Notes under the pieces: model-generated
The model's database searches: none
What the model saw: the letters and a program-made list of their open reading frames with translations, nothing else
What the model was told of the DNA's origin: nothing
Virus record (IMG/VR): IMGVR_UViG_3300027881_000008
Coordinates: 11,009 to 75,008 of that record
Reading direction: 5' to 3' (one strand)
DNA: 64,000 nt
DNA from: a virus
Shown here: positions 60,596 through 64,000 of the stretch, in pieces
Layout: every line of letters starts with the position of its first letter
Numbering within the stretch: the first letter of the stretch is position 1
Position numbers and translations under genes: made by a program

Positions 60596-62407
60596 CTAAT
60601 GCTCCTCGTAAAACACGACCAAGTCGTGGTAGCGGCCGTCGCTCCCGTTCCAGCAAGCGCGGCAACCGTGCTCCCCGTCGGGGCCCAGCGCAGTGATGCA
60701 CGTTCCCCCCACGCCCTTCTGGCTCCGAGGGTCGAGGCGAATGGCTCCCCCGCCGCCGGTCCAGTGCTCATAAGCTGGGCACTTGTAGTCATTTTTGGTC
60801 GGCGTCTCCGGGGCCGACCCGCTCGCCGCCGAAAGACCTCCCCCGCGCCCTTTCTTGAAGGCGGGGAGCTTGAGGGTGTTGTGGAGGTACGCGGACGTCG
60901 GAGCCTCGTCGCGGAAGTGGAGCGTGGACGGACGCAGGGCGAGGTTCTCCGGCACCTCCTTGAGGGTGACGTCCCGAAGCGTCCCCGCGAACGCCCACAT
61001 CCGCGTGGGCGCCCAGAACCTCACGTCATCCGCAAAATGCCTGCACACGTCCAGCCACGCCCGGAAGTAGGGGTCGCTGTACATGTCGCCGGCGTCGTGA
61101 ATGCGGAAATAGCCTGGGTCGGGTAGCTGCCAGTCAGCATAGAGCTTCTTGTACTTGGGGCGCGTGGACGTGAACTCGTCAACCGAGGCGTTGGCGAGGA
61201 CGACGTCCGCCGCGATCTGGGCCTTCAGCTTGGCGCGAGCTTTTCCGGCGGACTTCGGCAGCTTTTTGAGGCTGCGCTTCACGCGTTTCTTTGCCCAGTG
61301 CCACGTCTCGATGTCTTGCGTGCGCTGGTACTCGGCCGCGGTGTACTTGAAGTGTTTGAGCTTCGCGCGCCGCTCGCTCACCTTTATGCGCGCCTCCGTG
61401 AAGGCCGCGACGATCAACTCGCTAAACGACACCGCTAAGGGCTGGCACGCGCCTTCGGCCAAGTCGGGGTAGGTGGCGCCGAAGGTTCCGCTCTTCAACA
61501 CCCTTCCCGTCTTGCCTCGGGGTTTCGCGGCGCGGTAGTCCTCAGCGGACACAACGAATAAATTTTTCTGGGCCTCCCGAGACGACGGTCCCTTCCCCTC
61601 GTTCTTCATCAGCTTCTCGACGAGGTACAGGCGGATCCCCATCTCCAATACGATGGAGGGATTGCCGTAGGCGTTCTTGATAGCGTAACAGCCGTTGCAG
61701 ATGAACGTCTCCGGGTCGATGACGACGTTCTTGTCCCGCTTGCCCTTCTGAGCCTTGAGCAGCTCACCCACCGGGCTGTACATGAACCCTATGGTAGACG
61801 CCGGACACGTCCCGCCTAGCTTGGGGGGACCGGCGGGCAGGTTGAAGGAGTAGCACCCCATTTTACTGGTGTTGGTGAGCAGCCCAATGGTCCCCATGGC
61901 CGTGTCGGGCTCCTTCGGGACCTTCGTGGGGTACCCGGCGCGCTCGAACATCTGCTGTACATCGCCGCGCGTGAAGGGGGGCACGACGGCGACCCGGACG
62001 GGCTGGTCGAGGTCGCGGTCCATGTAGACCACCACGTCGCGGTCCTTCAGCTCTTTCTCGATCTGGTCGCGGATGCTCACCGCAGACGCTGGCGCGTCCC
62101 ACTGAGTGGCGGCGACGTGCCTGTTGAGGCTCATCATGCTCGTACGAGCGCCCGGAGGAAGAGGCACGTCCGCTGCCCCGCTCACCTGGAGCATCTTGAG
62201 GCGCACCTTGTATTTCGAGTTGTAGTCGCGGGGGAGGATGAGCGCGTCGGCCAACACCAGCTTGGGATCGAGCTTCTTGGGGCGCCCTGAAGAGGTGGTA
62301 AGCGTCGGGAGCAGCAGGCCCTTGGTGCGCTTGACGGCCTCGTCGTAACGGTATCCGAGGGCATCCTCGCCCTCCTGGGGGTGCTTGTTGGGGCGATATG
62401 GGCTCAT
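60596..62407 (-). CDS. Gp88-like (radical-SAM-related) Fe-S protein with insertions
   Basis: TSKMGCYSFNLPA, TCP...CNGCYA, YFRIHDAGD, FWAPTR, CPAY...CRACW. Confidence 0.7.
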   Translation of the reverse strand: MSPYRPNKHPQEGEDALGYRYDEAVKRTKGLLLPTLTTSSGRPKKLDPKLVLADALILPRDYNSKYKVRLKMLQVSGAADVPLPPGARTSMMSLNRHVAATQWDAPASAVSIRDQIEKELKDRDVVVYMDRDLDQPVRVAVVPPFTRGDVQQMFERAGYPTKVPKEPDTAMGTIGLLTNTSKMGCYSFNLPAGPPKLGGTCPASTIGFMYSPVGELLKAQKGKRDKNVVIDPETFICNGCYAIKNAYGNPSIVLEMGIRLYLVEKLMKNEGKGPSSREAQKNLFVVSAEDYRAAKPRGKTGRVLKSGTFGATYPDLAEGACQPLAVSFSELIVAAFTEARIKVSERRAKLKHFKYTAAEYQRTQDIETWHWAKKRVKRSLKKLPKSAGKARAKLKAQIAADVVLANASVDEFTSTRPKYKKLYADWQLPDPGYFRIHDAGDMYSDPYFRAWLDVCRHFADDVRFWAPTRMWAFAGTLRDVTLKEVPENLALRPSTLHFRDEAPTSAYLHNTLKLPAFKKGRGGGLSAASGSAPETPTKNDYKCPAYEHWTGGGGAIRLDPRSQKGVGGTCITALGPDGEHGCRACWNGSDGRYHDLVVFYEEH

Positions 62408-63264
62408 GCGTATTCTCCTGCTAGTTTCTCTACCACTAAAACCGTCCCGTACCCGATGGCGCCGCCGACAATCAGCGCGGCGACGACCATGTAGGGCTCG
62501 GCCGGGGGACGCGAAAGCAGCGGCGGCAAGACCGGGACCGGCGGGGCGGGCGGAACAGGGGGCACCGGGGGCGCGTGGCGATCCTTGACCCAGGGCTGCA
62601 GCACCTGTTTCCAAAAGTCGGGCGCCATCTTGGGGTGGTGCTTGTGGCCGCCGCCAATCCCCCCATAGGTGGCGAAAATGACGTTGCCGTTGGGCGACGT
62701 GTGAAGCTCCAGCGGCTGGTCCGGCACGGGAAGAGAGCCGCCGGTGCGAAAAGCAACGCCACTGCGCTCTTCGATTTCCCGCCGCGTCGCGGCTAGCACC
62801 TGGTCTGCGGATCCCCGAGTGCCATTGGGCGACGAGCTCGACGTGGCCACGAACAGTTTGTTCGGGTCGCTCATGACATCGAGGGCGTATTTGGTAAACT
62901 CCTCGATGGGCTTGGGGTTCTTGATGCTCCCCCCCGAGTAGGTGGCGTCGTGGAGCATGAGCGCGGTGATCTTAGCTCGGTCGGCGGGGTGCTTGAGTAC
63001 GTGCTTCCAGGTCGACCCTCCCGCGCTGAAAGCGCCCAGGTAGATGTCGCCGACCTCCTCTTCGGTCAGGCCGAGGACCGCGAGAAGCTGGGGTAGCGCT
63101 CGCCCCTCGGCGTCCACCCAACTGCGTCCGAGCGACGGGCAATGCACATGCGGCCCTTGGTCGCCCCGGCACGAAAGAAAAACCTCCTTGGCGCCAGGTA
63201 CCGTCGCCCCGGGCACCTGGTAATTCGCCACGGGGCCCGCCCAAAGAACGAGGTCCTGCTTCAC
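62404..63264 (-). CDS. alpha/beta-hydrolase-like protein with Pro linker and C-terminal TM
   Basis: LGAFSAGG nucleophile elbow, LHDATY, HKHH; TM. Confidence 0.75.
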   Translation of the reverse strand: MKQDLVLWAGPVANYQVPGATVPGAKEVFLSCRGDQGPHVHCPSLGRSWVDAEGRALPQLLAVLGLTEEEVGDIYLGAFSAGGSTWKHVLKHPADRAKITALMLHDATYSGGSIKNPKPIEEFTKYALDVMSDPNKLFVATSSSSPNGTRGSADQVLAATRREIEERSGVAFRTGGSLPVPDQPLELHTSPNGNVIFATYGGIGGGHKHHPKMAPDFWKQVLQPWVKDRHAPPVPPVPPAPPVPVLPPLLSRPPAEPYMVVAALIVGGAIGYGTVLVVEKLAGEYA

Positions 63265-63461
63265 TTGGCCACCCGACCACGAAGCCCATGGGAGTGCAGC
63301 TGGGCGTACCGCAGCACCCACTGGTTCGTTCGCTCGGGCCGGAAGCATTGTTTGCGCCAGCGGTCCCCACAGTGGCTGCAAGCGCAGTGGATCCACCACT
63401 GGCCCGTGTTGTCTGGGCCCGCCTGGTAGGTGGCGTAAGGGTGATTAGGTACGGGTTGCAT
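63261..63461 (-). CDS. small zinc-finger protein
   Basis: CSHC...C...H; GTGA-coupled. Confidence 0.6.
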   Translation of the reverse strand: MQPVPNHPYATYQAGPDNTGQWWIHCACSHCGDRWRKQCFRPERTNQWVLRYAQLHSHGLRGRVAK

Positions 63462-63473
63462 TAGGGCTGGTCG

Positions 63474-63998
63474 CTATGAGAGCCGGTAATAGCTGTCGTC
63501 GAGGCTGCCGAGCACGTCCTGCACGTCGCTCGCCGCCCAGAACGCTCGCCTCCCGGAGTCCTGGATGGCCTCGTGGCTCTGCAGGTCACCCAACAAGAAG
63601 TCCTGCAGGCGATTGTTGCGCCACCGGAGAATGGCGACCACGTCGTCGCCTACATCCCGGCCCTTCATCTTCGCGCCAGCTCCAATGGGCAGCGTGAACA
63701 CCGCGTCGCCGTCGTCGTCGAGACGGAACGGTAGCACGTACGACCCGCCGCCCCAGTCAGCGACCACCTCGTTCGCCTGACGGCGCGTCTTGGTATAAAG
63801 CGGAGCCACCTCCCAGGGCTCTTGGACAGCCAGGAAGCGGTAGCCCTTTGAGTACATCTGCCGGCGCTCATCCGGGTTAAGCTTGTACTGGCTGAGCCAG
63901 TGCTTCGCGCCCTTCATCATCTTCCAGGTGCCAGCGCCCTGCCGATAGCTGCGTCCCTTGCGGCGCTGCTTGTAGATGAACTGGTCGCGCGTAACGGG
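63474..63998 (-). CDS. hypothetical protein, 5' end beyond the window
   Basis: Frame is open upstream of ATG 63920 to the window edge (PVTRDQFIYKQRRK...). Confidence 0.6.
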   Translation of the reverse strand, partial: PVTRDQFIYKQRRKGRSYRQGAGTWKMMKGAKHWLSQYKLNPDERRQMYSKGYRFLAVQEPWEVAPLYTKTRRQANEVVADWGGGSYVLPFRLDDDGDAVFTLPIGAGAKMKGRDVGDDVVAILRWRNNRLQDFLLGDLQSHEAIQDSGRRAFWAASDVQDVLGSLDDSYYRLS

Positions 63999-64000
63999 GT

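Noticed and set aside
1-64000. tRNA/rRNA genes, terminase, portal, tail, DNA polymerase, packaging ATPase, maturation protease
   Set aside because: No supporting motifs found by eye; they may lie outside the window or be too divergent to recognise.

Overview
GC-rich window (about 70% by eye), densely coded, with no rRNA, tRNA or housekeeping genes. It reads as part of a large (>64 kb) bacterial virus or provirus. No terminase, portal, HK97 capsid or tail gene is recognisable here. Region 1.9-23.4 kb is a + strand structural-type operon: a huge Arg/Lys-rich core-like protein, three putative jelly-roll capsid-like paralogues, and about 16 Pro-linker, C-terminally membrane-anchored proteins, many starting with a Y-x-G-[LIVM]-G motif and three carrying peptidoglycan-binding domains. 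Structured intergenic RNAs punctuate this operon. Region 23.4-32.7 kb encodes a Nudix hydrolase, two glycosyltransferases, a dual-specificity phosphatase, lytic transglycosylases and small membrane proteins. Region 32.7-48.8 kb holds divergent early/accessory blocks around a double palindromic site, with a DpdA/TGT-like protein, C5 methyltransferase, Mom-like enzyme, SNF2 helicase, ArdA-like protein, CoiA-like nuclease, XRE regulator and SSB-like gene. Region 48.9-64 kb encodes a 1198-aa tyrosine recombinase, amidase and peptidase lysins, a second SNF2 helicase, a kinase, a Gp88-like Fe-S protein and a membrane-anchored hydrolase. Best hypothesis (inference, not verified): an undescribed large tailless, membrane-containing virus of a high-GC bacterium, using short shared peptide motifs for virion targeting or processing and apparent ATC start codons. 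All family calls are from motifs read by eye; no searches were run.
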